Below, one piece after another: positions 1 to 7,633 of a DNA stretch of 38,918 bases. The notes under the pieces were generated by a model. It saw only the letters and a list, made by a program, of their open reading frames with translations. It was not told where the DNA came from and ran no database searches. The stretch spans positions 1 through 38,918 of the forward strand of contig CAYOCZ010000001.1 in NCBI GenBank assembly GCA_964402475.1, read 5' to 3'. The translations under genes were made by a program, and so were the position numbers. Numbering within the stretch: position 1 is the stretch's first letter; each line of letters begins with the position of its first letter. The stretch comes from an uncultured bacterium. Its GTDB lineage: Bacteria; Hydrothermota; Tepidihabitantia; Tepidihabitantales; Tepidihabitantaceae.

Positions 1-2
1 TC

Positions 3-389
3 GAGAGGAATCTGCGTCGCGAACTGCTCCGCGAGCGTGAGGCGATGCTCAGGAGTGAGTTGGAGGCAGTGCGGGCCGAACTCGGGCGGATTGGCGCGGG
101 CCGGCCGATCTACCGGGCGGCGAGGAAACCTGTCCTCAAGAGTCGCCCGCAGCCGAAGCTGCCGGCGAATTCCCGGCCGGTGCGCGACGACAGTGCGCGC
201 GCCTTGATTATCCGAACACTGAAGCACTCGCGGCGCCCGATGACGATCAAGGAGCTGACGAAGGCGATTCTACGGAGGGGCTGGAAGAGTGCCCGCAAGT
301 ACCCGGTCAAGACGGTCGACGCCACTCTGCGTACTCACCCGCAGGACTTCCGTCGAACCGCACCCAGCACGTTTGAACTGAATCGTTAG
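3..389 (+). CDS. hypothetical protein (5' end cut by window edge) with basic C-terminal winged-helix-like region
   Basis: The reading frame is open from nt 3, with no stop before the ATG at 45 listed in the ORF track. The stop is at 387-389. The C-terminal ~60 aa (ALIIRTLKHSRRPMTIKELTKAILRRGWKS...VDATLRTHPQDF) looks like a small DNA-binding wHTH/HARE-HTH-type module. Assignment is by eye only. Confidence 0.45.
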   Translation, partial: ERNLRRELLREREAMLRSELEAVRAELGRIGAGRPIYRAARKPVLKSRPQPKLPANSRPVRDDSARALIIRTLKHSRRPMTIKELTKAILRRGWKSARKYPVKTVDATLRTHPQDFRRTAPSTFELNR

Positions 390-542
390 GTCCCGGTTCG
401 TCAGGCTCGCCGGTCGTCAAGCTGCGGCATGACAAGATGGTCGAGTTCGCACAAGAACGATGAGCGATAAGCGCGGAACGATGAGTGCCGAATGCAACGG
501 CTGGCGGCTCACGGCTTGTGGCTTGCGGCTTGAGGCCTTCCG

Positions 543-1049
543 CTATCCGCGCTTGTCCTGACGGCCTTTGCGGAAGAACTCCTCCCACTCGGCGACTTCG
601 GCCGGGGACATCGGCGTGTCCTGAGCGGCCGGCCGGTTGGGGCCGAGCTTGGGAATCGCGGGGCCGAGCTTGACCGCGAACTCGGACGACGGGATGGTCT
701 TTGCCCCGTAGTCGCGCACGTAGCGGACGATGGAATTGTCGGACGTGACCACGGTCCACGACCGGGGGCTCTTCTCCAGCGCGAGCATCGCCTCTATCTT
801 CGCGTCCGCGGTCTGGGGCGCGCGGGAGAAGACAACCTCGATGCCGCCGGGCGGCCGGGTCTGCTGCCCGGCCGTGCCGCGGCCGTCGAATACGACCGTG
901 ATGCGCACGCTCCGCTGCGAGCGATAGACCGCGAGCTTCGCGACCAGCCCGTCCCGCGCCAGTTCGAGGTCGATTCCGACCAGCCGGGCCAGTTCCGGCA
1001 TCGCGTGAATCAGGTTGTACCCGTCGACGACGATGCGTGGGGCAGCCAA
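543..1049 (-). CDS. YacP/Rae1-like NYN-domain (DUF901) putative ribonuclease
   Basis: 168-aa ORF. The pattern IVVDGYNLIH ... ITVVFDG ... VVTSDN is typical of YacP-like NYN/PIN-like nucleases. It starts 3 nt downstream of the stop of the permease gene at 1053, so it is probably co-transcribed. Confidence 0.75.
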   Translation of the reverse strand: MAAPRIVVDGYNLIHAMPELARLVGIDLELARDGLVAKLAVYRSQRSVRITVVFDGRGTAGQQTRPPGGIEVVFSRAPQTADAKIEAMLALEKSPRSWTVVTSDNSIVRYVRDYGAKTIPSSEFAVKLGPAIPKLGPNRPAAQDTPMSPAEVAEWEEFFRKGRQDKRG

Positions 1050-1052
1050 GGG

Positions 1053-3047
1053 CTACGACGCCAGGGCGACCTGGAGCATCAGCGCCACGGTCGCCACGAG
1101 AAGCGAGGCGACGGTGACCACCAGCCCCGTCTTGAACCATTCGCCGAACCTGACGCTCTGTCCGGTCACACGCTCGAACATCCCGATCGCCACCAGGTTG
1201 GCGCTCGAACCGACCATGGTCAGGTTGCCGCCGAAGCAGCCACCGAACAAGAGCGCCCACCAGAGAATCGATGCGTGGGGCAGGCCGACCGCCAGCAGTC
1301 CCTTGACGACCGGGACCAGCGCCGCGACCACCGGCATGTTGTCCACGAAACCCGACGACAACCCGGAGCCCCAGAGCATCAGGATCAGGGCCGAACTGGT
1401 CAAGCCACTGGAACCGAGCCAGCGGGTCAGCGGCGACCGTTCCGCGACCTGCATCAAAAGGTAGCCCATCTTGGTCGTGACGCCGGTATGTTCGAGGCAC
1501 GCGGCGCTGGCGAAGAGAAACATGAAGAAGAGCAGTGTCCACCAGTCGATGCTGCGGGCGATGAGCAGCTTGCCTTTCTCCTGTTCAACGAAGATGATGA
1601 AGGCGACCGCGGCCAGCGGCGCGACCACGAGCATCGTTCCCTCGGGCAGCCGGAGCAGCGCCTCGGCCCGGGCGTGCAGCACTATCAGCAGCACGACGGC
1701 CAGGAAAGTCAGCAGCCCCAGCCGCAGGTCGGCCGGCTTGATGCCCTCGACCGTCCGCTCGAGATCGGTCAGGTTTACCCGCTCGCGCGTGCGCAGCCGC
1801 CCGCGGAACATCAGGATGATGACCGCGCCGACCACAATGCTCGAGAAGAAGGATATCGGCGTGGCCCAGCGCAGAAACATCTCGAAGTTGAGCTGGCCCA
1901 CGAAGGCGAGATAGACGCCGATCGGGTTCCCGACCAGGGTCAGCGCGCTGCCGATGTTGGTGGCAAAGACCAGGGCGAGCAGGTACGGCAGGACCGGAGT
2001 TCGGGTCCGGCGGGCGATCTCCACGGCCAGGCCGAAGGTGACGAGGATGCCGGACACCTCTCCGACAAACCCGGACAGCAGCACCGAGAACCCCATCAGG
2101 ATGAGCAGCAGGACCCAGGGCACGCCGCCCACGCGCTCCACGACCTTGAGCACGACGTACCGGAACACGCCCTTGTCCTCGAGCCACTTGATGAGCACCA
2201 TCATCGACATCACGAAGATGATTGTCGGCAGCGACATGTACTCGACCATGTGCTCAAGGTTCATGACGCCGACCAGCAGCAGGGACGCGAGACCGGTCGC
2301 GACAATTGCCAACCGGAACTTCCAGAACAGCAGCGTACCGACCACCATCCCCAGGAAGATCGCGACGACCAGCGCCTGCCGCCCGAGCCAGGGCGCGGAG
2401 TTGTACTTGAGAAAACCGAGTTGCTCGTAGATGCCGCCGGCGGGAAGCTGGACCGACTTCATCAGCAGGCTGCCCCCGACATAGGCCAGGGCGATTGCCG
2501 CAGCCAGCACGAGCACGGGTCGGTAGCGAACCAGCCTTGACTGCGCCGGCGGGCGCCGGAGAATCCGCACGACCCGCTCGGCGGAGCGCTCCTTCAGCAG
2601 CAGGGCGCGGTGGTACTCGCCAAGGAGAGCCCGGGCGACGTCGGCAAGCACCAGCATGTAGTCGGCCCGCTGCCCCTCGTCCGCGACGATGACCGCGATC
2701 AGCTTGACCGGGCGGCCGTCGGCCGCGTGCCATTCCACGCCGTCTCGGGCTCGGACCAGCGCGACGACCGGATGCGCCGGGCCGGCCGGTATCAACGCAT
2801 GCGGCACGGCGACCTCGTTCCCTACGCCGGTCGAACCCGACTCCTCACGCTTGCTCAGTGCGGCCGCGAGTCGGGCAGCGTCATCGACAAGACCAAGCTG
2901 CGCCATCCGCCCGGCCGCCGCCTCGAACACCTCCGCTGGTGTCTTGGCATCCGGCAGGTCGATGACGAGCTCGGGCCTTGTCGCCTGGGCCAGCAACGCC
3001 CGGTGGTCTCTCGCCTTTGCCGTCTCGCTCGGTTCGGACCCGGTCAC
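1053..3047 (-). CDS. PTS EIIA type-2 domain fused to ArsB/NhaD/CitMHS-type (IT superfamily, SLC13-like) permease
   Basis: 664-aa ORF. The N-terminal ~150 aa has the EIIA-2 (PtsN/fructose family) pattern with the phospho-His loop STGVGNEVAVPHA. The rest is a polytopic membrane protein with duplicated GNPIGVYLAF / GGNLTMVGSSANLV motifs typical of ArsB/NhaD/CitMHS permeases. It is a paralog of 3504..5450. Confidence 0.85.
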   Translation of the reverse strand: MTGSEPSETAKARDHRALLAQATRPELVIDLPDAKTPAEVFEAAAGRMAQLGLVDDAARLAAALSKREESGSTGVGNEVAVPHALIPAGPAHPVVALVRARDGVEWHAADGRPVKLIAVIVADEGQRADYMLVLADVARALLGEYHRALLLKERSAERVVRILRRPPAQSRLVRYRPVLVLAAAIALAYVGGSLLMKSVQLPAGGIYEQLGFLKYNSAPWLGRQALVVAIFLGMVVGTLLFWKFRLAIVATGLASLLLVGVMNLEHMVEYMSLPTIIFVMSMMVLIKWLEDKGVFRYVVLKVVERVGGVPWVLLLILMGFSVLLSGFVGEVSGILVTFGLAVEIARRTRTPVLPYLLALVFATNIGSALTLVGNPIGVYLAFVGQLNFEMFLRWATPISFFSSIVVGAVIILMFRGRLRTRERVNLTDLERTVEGIKPADLRLGLLTFLAVVLLIVLHARAEALLRLPEGTMLVVAPLAAVAFIIFVEQEKGKLLIARSIDWWTLLFFMFLFASAACLEHTGVTTKMGYLLMQVAERSPLTRWLGSSGLTSSALILMLWGSGLSSGFVDNMPVVAALVPVVKGLLAVGLPHASILWWALLFGGCFGGNLTMVGSSANLVAIGMFERVTGQSVRFGEWFKTGLVVTVASLLVATVALMLQVALAS

Positions 3048-3072
3048 GCTGCTATCCGGCGGAATTCGTCGC

Positions 3073-3486
3073 CTAGGCGGCGTTGGTGATGATTATCGGA
3101 CAGGGTAGGCTGGGTATGAACTCCTCGGGCAGCCGGTAGTTGTCGCCGGCCAAGCTGGTGGAGCTGAGGACGATGAGGTCGCTGCCAGTATTGTGCGCGA
3201 CCGCCTGGATGTCATCGACGTCGCCCTCGCGGGCCATTACCGACGCCTTGATGCCCTCGGCCTTGAACTCCTCCTCCAGCCGGTACAGGTCCTGCCACGA
3301 CTTGCGCTCATGGTCCTCGTGCAGCACGCGGCGCCGGGTCGCGCCCTCCGTGCTCACCTCGTGCCCGCAGCCGATGGCGAGCATCGCCGACAGCAGAACC
3401 GAGCTGTTGTGGGCACGCGCCAGTTCCTTCACCATCTGCTTCTCTCCCTGCTTCTCGCTCACGACGTACAGTATCTTGTTGAACAT
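3073..3486 (-). CDS. universal stress protein (UspA) family protein, probably without the ATP-binding glycine motif
   Basis: 137-aa ORF with a USP-like alpha/beta pattern (KILYVVS..., DLIVLSS..., CPIIITN). The usual G-x2-G-x9-G(S/T) ATP loop is not recognisable. It lies between the two EIIA-permease paralogs on the same strand. Confidence 0.7.
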   Translation of the reverse strand: MFNKILYVVSEKQGEKQMVKELARAHNSSVLLSAMLAIGCGHEVSTEGATRRRVLHEDHERKSWQDLYRLEEEFKAEGIKASVMAREGDVDDIQAVAHNTGSDLIVLSSTSLAGDNYRLPEEFIPSLPCPIIITNAA

Positions 3487-3503
3487 TCTCCTGTTGACTC
3501 CTG

Positions 3504-5450
3504 TCAGGGCGCCCGGCCGAGCTGCAGCAGCAAGGAAGCAGTTGCAACCAGCAGCGAGACGCCGGTGATTATTGCTCCGAACCTTATCCAGTCGCGGAAC
3601 CGGATCGACTTGCCGGACACTTTCTCATAGGCCCCGATGGCCACAAGGTTCGCGGTCGAGCCGATGACCGTGAGGTTGCCGCCGAAACACCCGCCGAACA
3701 AGAGTGCCCACCAGAGTATCGTGGCGTGCGGCAGCCCGGTGCGAATCAGATCCTTCACCACCGGAACGAGCGCGGCCACAACCGGCAGGTTGTCGACGAA
3801 CCCCGACGAGATGCCGCTGAACCAGAGCACGAGCACGGTCACAACCGAGGTTACCCCGGCCGGCGACGCGCCGGCTCCGGCCAGTTGCTGGGCGGCGGTC
3901 AGGATGACGTATCCGAGCTTGGTCGTGACGCCGGTATACTCCAGGCAGGCGGCGTTAGCGAACAGGAACATGAAGAAAAGCAACGTCCACCAGTCGATGC
4001 CGCGCTCGACCAGTTGCCGTCCCTTCTCCTGTTCATAGAAAACGATGAAACCGACGACCATCAGCGCCACGGCCACGAGCGCTGTGCCGTCGCCGAGGTG
4101 GAGCAGCAGCTCGATCCGACGGTGGACCGCGATGAGGACAACCACGACCAGAAACGTGATGATGCCGATGCGCAGCCGGGCTGGATCGATGCTCTCCTCG
4201 GCCCGTTCCATGTCCCGGGCGTCAAACTCCACGCGCCGCCCGAAGAAATACCGCCGGTAGAGAAGCAGGCACAACCCGGCGACCACGACCGCGGTCACGG
4301 CCGCGGTCGGCGAGGCCCAGCGCAGGAAATCCTCGAAGCTGAGCTTGCCGGCGAAGGCGATGTAGACGCCGATCGGGTTGCCGACCAGAGTCAGCGCGCT
4401 GCCGACATTTGTGGCGAAGACCAGGCTGAGCAGGTACGGAATCAGCGGGGTCTTCGTCCGCTTCGCCACCTCCAGTGCCAGCCCGAAGGTCACGAGGATC
4501 GCCGATACCTCGTCGGCGAATCCGCCCAGCAGCACGGAAAACGCCATCAGCGTAAGCAGAAGCAGCCACGGCACGCCCCGCACCCGCTGGATCGCCTTGG
4601 CCACGACGTAGCGGAACACGCCGATGTTCTCCAGCCAGCGAACGATCACCATCATCGACATGATGAAGAGGATCGTCGGGATTGACATGAACCTGACCGT
4701 CGTCTCCAGGTCCATCACACCGGCAATCAGTAAGGCGCCCAGGCTCGCCGCGGCGATGGCCACGCGGTACCGCCAGAAGAGCAGGGTGCCGACAACCATC
4801 GCCAGGAAGAGCGTGATGGTCAGTTGCTGGTGGAAAAGCCAGCGTGGCTCGCTGAACCGGGCGAATTCCGGCCCCGCGTACATCCCCTCGGCCGGCAGCC
4901 TGATGGCGGGCAGCACCAGCCCCGCAGCGACAAAGACCAGGGCCACGACCCCGATGAAGACGACCAGCCGCCGGTTGCGCATGAAGAAGCTCTCGTGCGG
5001 CGGGTGGACTATCGCGCGCACGGCTTGGGCGACGTCCCGTACGCGGAGCACGGCGTCCTGCACGTCGGGCTGGTTGAGCGACCGGGCGAGTTCTGCCAGA
5101 ACCGGCAGATACTCCTCGCGTTGGCCGGCCGGCGCCACGATGACCACGAGCAGCTTCACCGGCTCGTGGTCTATCGCGTCCCAGTCGAGTGCGGAGCCAA
5201 GTCGGACGACCGCAACCGCGATCTGCTTGGCATCTGCCAGCATCGCGTGGGGCAGGGCCATGCCGTGCCCGACACCGGTCGAGCCCTGCTGCTCGCGGCG
5301 GATGAGTTCCTCAGTGAGTACGGCCGCGTCCGGGATGACCCCCTTTTCGGCGAGCCTGGCCGCGACCATCCCGAACACCTCGCGCTGGCTCGACACCTTG
5401 GGCACGTCGAAGGCCAGCTCGGCCCGAACGAATTGGCCGAGTTTAACCAT
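3504..5450 (-). CDS. PTS EIIA type-2 domain fused to ArsB/NhaD/CitMHS-type permease (paralog of 1053..3047)
   Basis: 648-aa ORF with the same architecture as 1053..3047. It has the EIIA-2 loop STGVGHGMALPHA, then collinear permease motifs (GNPIGVYIAF, GGNLTVIGSTANLV). Confidence 0.85.
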   Translation of the reverse strand: MVKLGQFVRAELAFDVPKVSSQREVFGMVAARLAEKGVIPDAAVLTEELIRREQQGSTGVGHGMALPHAMLADAKQIAVAVVRLGSALDWDAIDHEPVKLLVVIVAPAGQREEYLPVLAELARSLNQPDVQDAVLRVRDVAQAVRAIVHPPHESFFMRNRRLVVFIGVVALVFVAAGLVLPAIRLPAEGMYAGPEFARFSEPRWLFHQQLTITLFLAMVVGTLLFWRYRVAIAAASLGALLIAGVMDLETTVRFMSIPTILFIMSMMVIVRWLENIGVFRYVVAKAIQRVRGVPWLLLLTLMAFSVLLGGFADEVSAILVTFGLALEVAKRTKTPLIPYLLSLVFATNVGSALTLVGNPIGVYIAFAGKLSFEDFLRWASPTAAVTAVVVAGLCLLLYRRYFFGRRVEFDARDMERAEESIDPARLRIGIITFLVVVVLIAVHRRIELLLHLGDGTALVAVALMVVGFIVFYEQEKGRQLVERGIDWWTLLFFMFLFANAACLEYTGVTTKLGYVILTAAQQLAGAGASPAGVTSVVTVLVLWFSGISSGFVDNLPVVAALVPVVKDLIRTGLPHATILWWALLFGGCFGGNLTVIGSTANLVAIGAYEKVSGKSIRFRDWIRFGAIITGVSLLVATASLLLQLGRAP

Positions 5451-5540
5451 CTACGCCCGCGGGAGAGCAGCGCTTTGGCATGGCGGTGAGAATCATACCA
5501 CCGTGTCCCGCGCTAGTCAACCGGACGGGAGCCGTCCCAT

Positions 5541-5568
5541 TTGACAGCCGCCCAACCATCGTGATAGT
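5541..5568 (+). promoter_or_regulatory. candidate sigma70-type promoter for the GNAT gene (TTGACA-16 nt-GATAGT)
   Basis: TTGACA at 5541-5546, a 16-nt spacer, then GATAGT at 5563-5568. The ATG at 5577 would then lie at or next to the transcription start, giving a leaderless or near-leaderless mRNA. A GGACGG-GAG-CCGTCC inverted repeat (5523-5537) abuts the -35. Pattern match only. Confidence 0.3.
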
Positions 5569-5570
5569 CT

Positions 5571-6497
5571 GTGTGGATGAGAATCGTGAGCTATGAGGAA
5601 CTCCGCGACCCGCGCGACTTCTTCGAATTGACGGAAGCCTGCTTCGGCGAGGTCGCCACGCCCGAACACCCGGGCCTGCTCCGGCGCTATGACGAACGCC
5701 GCAAGCACGAGTTCGGCTTCGGCGTCTATCGCGGCCGGACGCTCGCCTCATTCATCGGTGTCGCGGAACTCACGGTGCGTAACCGCACAGGCGAGACCGA
5801 GTCTGCGCTCGGCATCCACCACGTCGCGACCCACCCGGCCTATGCCCGTCAGGGCCTGTCCCGCCGCCTGTTCGACTTCGTCCATGAACGGTACCCAAAA
5901 GCCGGAAGGAGATTCTCCTTCCTCTACACCAGCCGCTCACTCGTCGCTCGCGCCCTCTATCTCGACCTCGGGTACGCCGAGATACCGCAGGCCGGTGCGC
6001 GAGCTCCCCGCGCCCTGCTCATCCTCCCGCCGACGCACAAACTCCTGAAGCGAAGCCGCACCCGCACCGCCGACCTTGCTGTCGCCGAGAAGCTCTTCGC
6101 CGAGGCCACGACCGGCAAGGCCGGCTTCGTGGTCCGGCCGCACGGCTGGCCCCTTTCCCGCTTGAAGCAGTGGAAACAGAAACTCGATGGTGTCCTCATC
6201 GACCGTGACGGCTACGCGTTCACCGAGCCGGATCCCTTTGGCCGGCGCATCTACGAGTTCTTCGGCCGCAACCGGGCCGCGTACGTCCGCCTGCTCAACC
6301 GCATCTGCGCCGCGACTCGCGGCGGGCTGGTCGACTACTACGTCCGCGACCCGATTCTCAGGCGAATCTACGCCGAGCGCGGCGCGCGGTTCCGGCGCGA
6401 AACCTATTCCAGCCTAATGGTCAAACCCCTCACCAACGCCACGTTCCGCTCTGTCTTCGGCCCCCGCTTCTTCTCGTCTCCTGTAGACCAGTTCTAG
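5571..6497 (+). CDS. GNAT family N-acetyltransferase
   Basis: 308-aa ORF starting at GTG 5571; an alternative ATG is at 5577. The acetyl-CoA motif A is recognisable (IHHVATHPAYARQGLSRRLFDFV). The longer C-terminal part resembles Eis-like two-domain GNATs. Confidence 0.75.
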   Translation: MWMRIVSYEELRDPRDFFELTEACFGEVATPEHPGLLRRYDERRKHEFGFGVYRGRTLASFIGVAELTVRNRTGETESALGIHHVATHPAYARQGLSRRLFDFVHERYPKAGRRFSFLYTSRSLVARALYLDLGYAEIPQAGARAPRALLILPPTHKLLKRSRTRTADLAVAEKLFAEATTGKAGFVVRPHGWPLSRLKQWKQKLDGVLIDRDGYAFTEPDPFGRRIYEFFGRNRAAYVRLLNRICAATRGGLVDYYVRDPILRRIYAERGARFRRETYSSLMVKPLTNATFRSVFGPRFFSSPVDQF

Positions 6498-6518
6498 CCC
6501 GCACCAATCGCGACGCAG

Positions 6519-6590
6519 GTCGCCTTCGAAATCCCCTCGCAAGTCCCCCTGCAAATCACCTCGCAGATGACCGTCGCGGTCGCTCGAACG
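6519..6590. repeat. degenerate 12-nt tandem repeat (4 clear + 2 weak copies) in non-coding spacer
   Basis: The units are GTCGCCTTCGAA / ATCCCCTCGCAA / GTCCCCCTGCAA / ATCACCTCGCAG / ATGACCGTCGCG / GTCGCTCGAACG, read directly at 6519-6590. They begin 22 nt after the GNAT stop. Confidence 0.6.
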
Positions 6591-6969
6591 ACCGCCTTGC
6601 CCACCAGCCTGCAAGAGGCCGTCCATCTCGGCCTGCGAATCCCGGTCCAAACCCATTGCAGAATCGCAGTAGGGCTCGCCCCGAAAACCGACCCCAAAAC
6701 CGCCATCCAAGTCACCCTGAATACCGCGTTCCGAACCACCCGGGGAACCGTCCCGGGGACGGTCTCCAAGGTGGTCCCCAGAATGAGGACTTGGGCGACC
6801 TCGCCCGCTCCTAAAGCAGCCTTCTTCAGCTACTTAGGCCAACGGAGACTTGCCTAACCGTGCCGGTTTCCGCTCCGGACCCGTCCTGTTGGATTCCACG
6901 TCCGAAAAGCCGCGAGTCCGGGCGTCCGAGACTGACTGCCGGGCCTGTTTGTGTTGTGGCTGCTTCCGG

Positions 6970-7593
6970 CTACCGCGTCACGACGACCTTGGTGACGCCC
7001 GACGCCCCACGCTCCGCGCCGTATTCCTGACGGACGAAGTAGACGCCTGGTGCAAGTGCCCGCACGTCATTCGCGCCGGGGCGCAGGCTCAAGACCTTGC
7101 GACCGCTTACGTCCAACAAGCTGGCGACCTGGGGCTTGCTTCTCGACACTTCCGACAGGAACAGCATTCCGCGAATGACAGTGGTGAGCGACTTGTGGCC
7201 TCCGGATAGGAGCACGGGCCCCTCCTCGATTCCGCCACCCACGTCGCGGATGACGGCAATCCTGCTGTCTTTGTCACACGCCGCGTACATCCGGTTGTCC
7301 CGTTCGTTCCAAGCAAAACCGCCACCAAAGCCCTGCGTGCCGAGCGCGCGCACGAAGCTAGTGCCAGCTTAGATGTAGACCCCGCCGTCGTTCGTACGGC
7401 AGTACATCCTGTGATTGATGCTGTTGTAGGCAAACTCGAGGCGACCCTCGGGGAAGGGAGTATGAGGTGACCCCGACAGGTCGAAGCTCTGCACGACCTG
7501 GTTCGTGGCGCAATTGACCACAGTTATGCCCCAGCAGTAGTTTGGTCTTCCCCCTGATGACGCAATCCAGGCCGACTCATGAGCCGCTGGCAG
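6970..7593 (-). pseudogene. remnant of a YVTN/YncE-like beta-propeller repeat protein with T9SS (Por) C-terminal sorting domain; N-terminally truncated and interrupted by an in-frame TAA
   Basis: The C-terminus ASLLDVSGRKVLSLRPGANDVRALAPGVYFVRQEYGAERGASGVTKVVVTR is a typical T9SS type-A tail. Upstream propeller-like repeats are visible (FAWNERDNRMYAACDKDSRIAVIRD; ITVVNCATNQVVQSFDL; FAYNSINHRMYCRTNDGGVYI). My own translation shows the same frame continuing upstream of the track ORF (6970..7353) through an in-frame TAA at 7369-7371, up to a stop at 7594-7596. No start codon or signal peptide is present. Confidence 0.6.
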
Positions 7594-7633
7594 TTATCCG
7601 GGAACCGGGCTCCCCACTTGACTGTCGCCCACA

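Noticed and set aside
390-542. Short repeats in the convergent spacer: GAACGATGAG twice (456-465 and 475-484) and GGCTTGN three times in tandem (about 511-531). The possible tRNA-like GGTTCG string near 397 was also considered.
   Set aside because: The repeats are too short and degenerate to interpret. No cloverleaf, acceptor stem or T-loop context surrounds the GGTTCG string. No convincing terminator hairpin was found either.
5523-6763. A shared operator idea. GGACGG-GAG-CCGTCC lies at 5523-5537, CCGTCC-CGG-GGACGG lies within 6747-6763, and TCCGTCCCC occurs twice at 31977-32013.
   Set aside because: A 6-7-nt GC-rich word is expected several times by chance in 39 kb. The half-site orientations differ (inverted vs everted). 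I did not scan coding regions exhaustively, so there is no basis for a regulon claim.
6414-6857. Two candidates: an in-frame open extension after the GNAT TAG stop (6498..6857, same frame, ~120 codons, QVAF/EIPS/QVPL/QITS periodicity), and the antisense ORF 6414..6710 with GDLR/GDLQ repeats.
   Set aside because: The peptide periodicity is simply the 12-nt DNA repeat read in frame. Open frames of this length are expected by chance at this GC content. The antisense ORF overlaps the GNAT 3' end. There is no RBS or domain signature.
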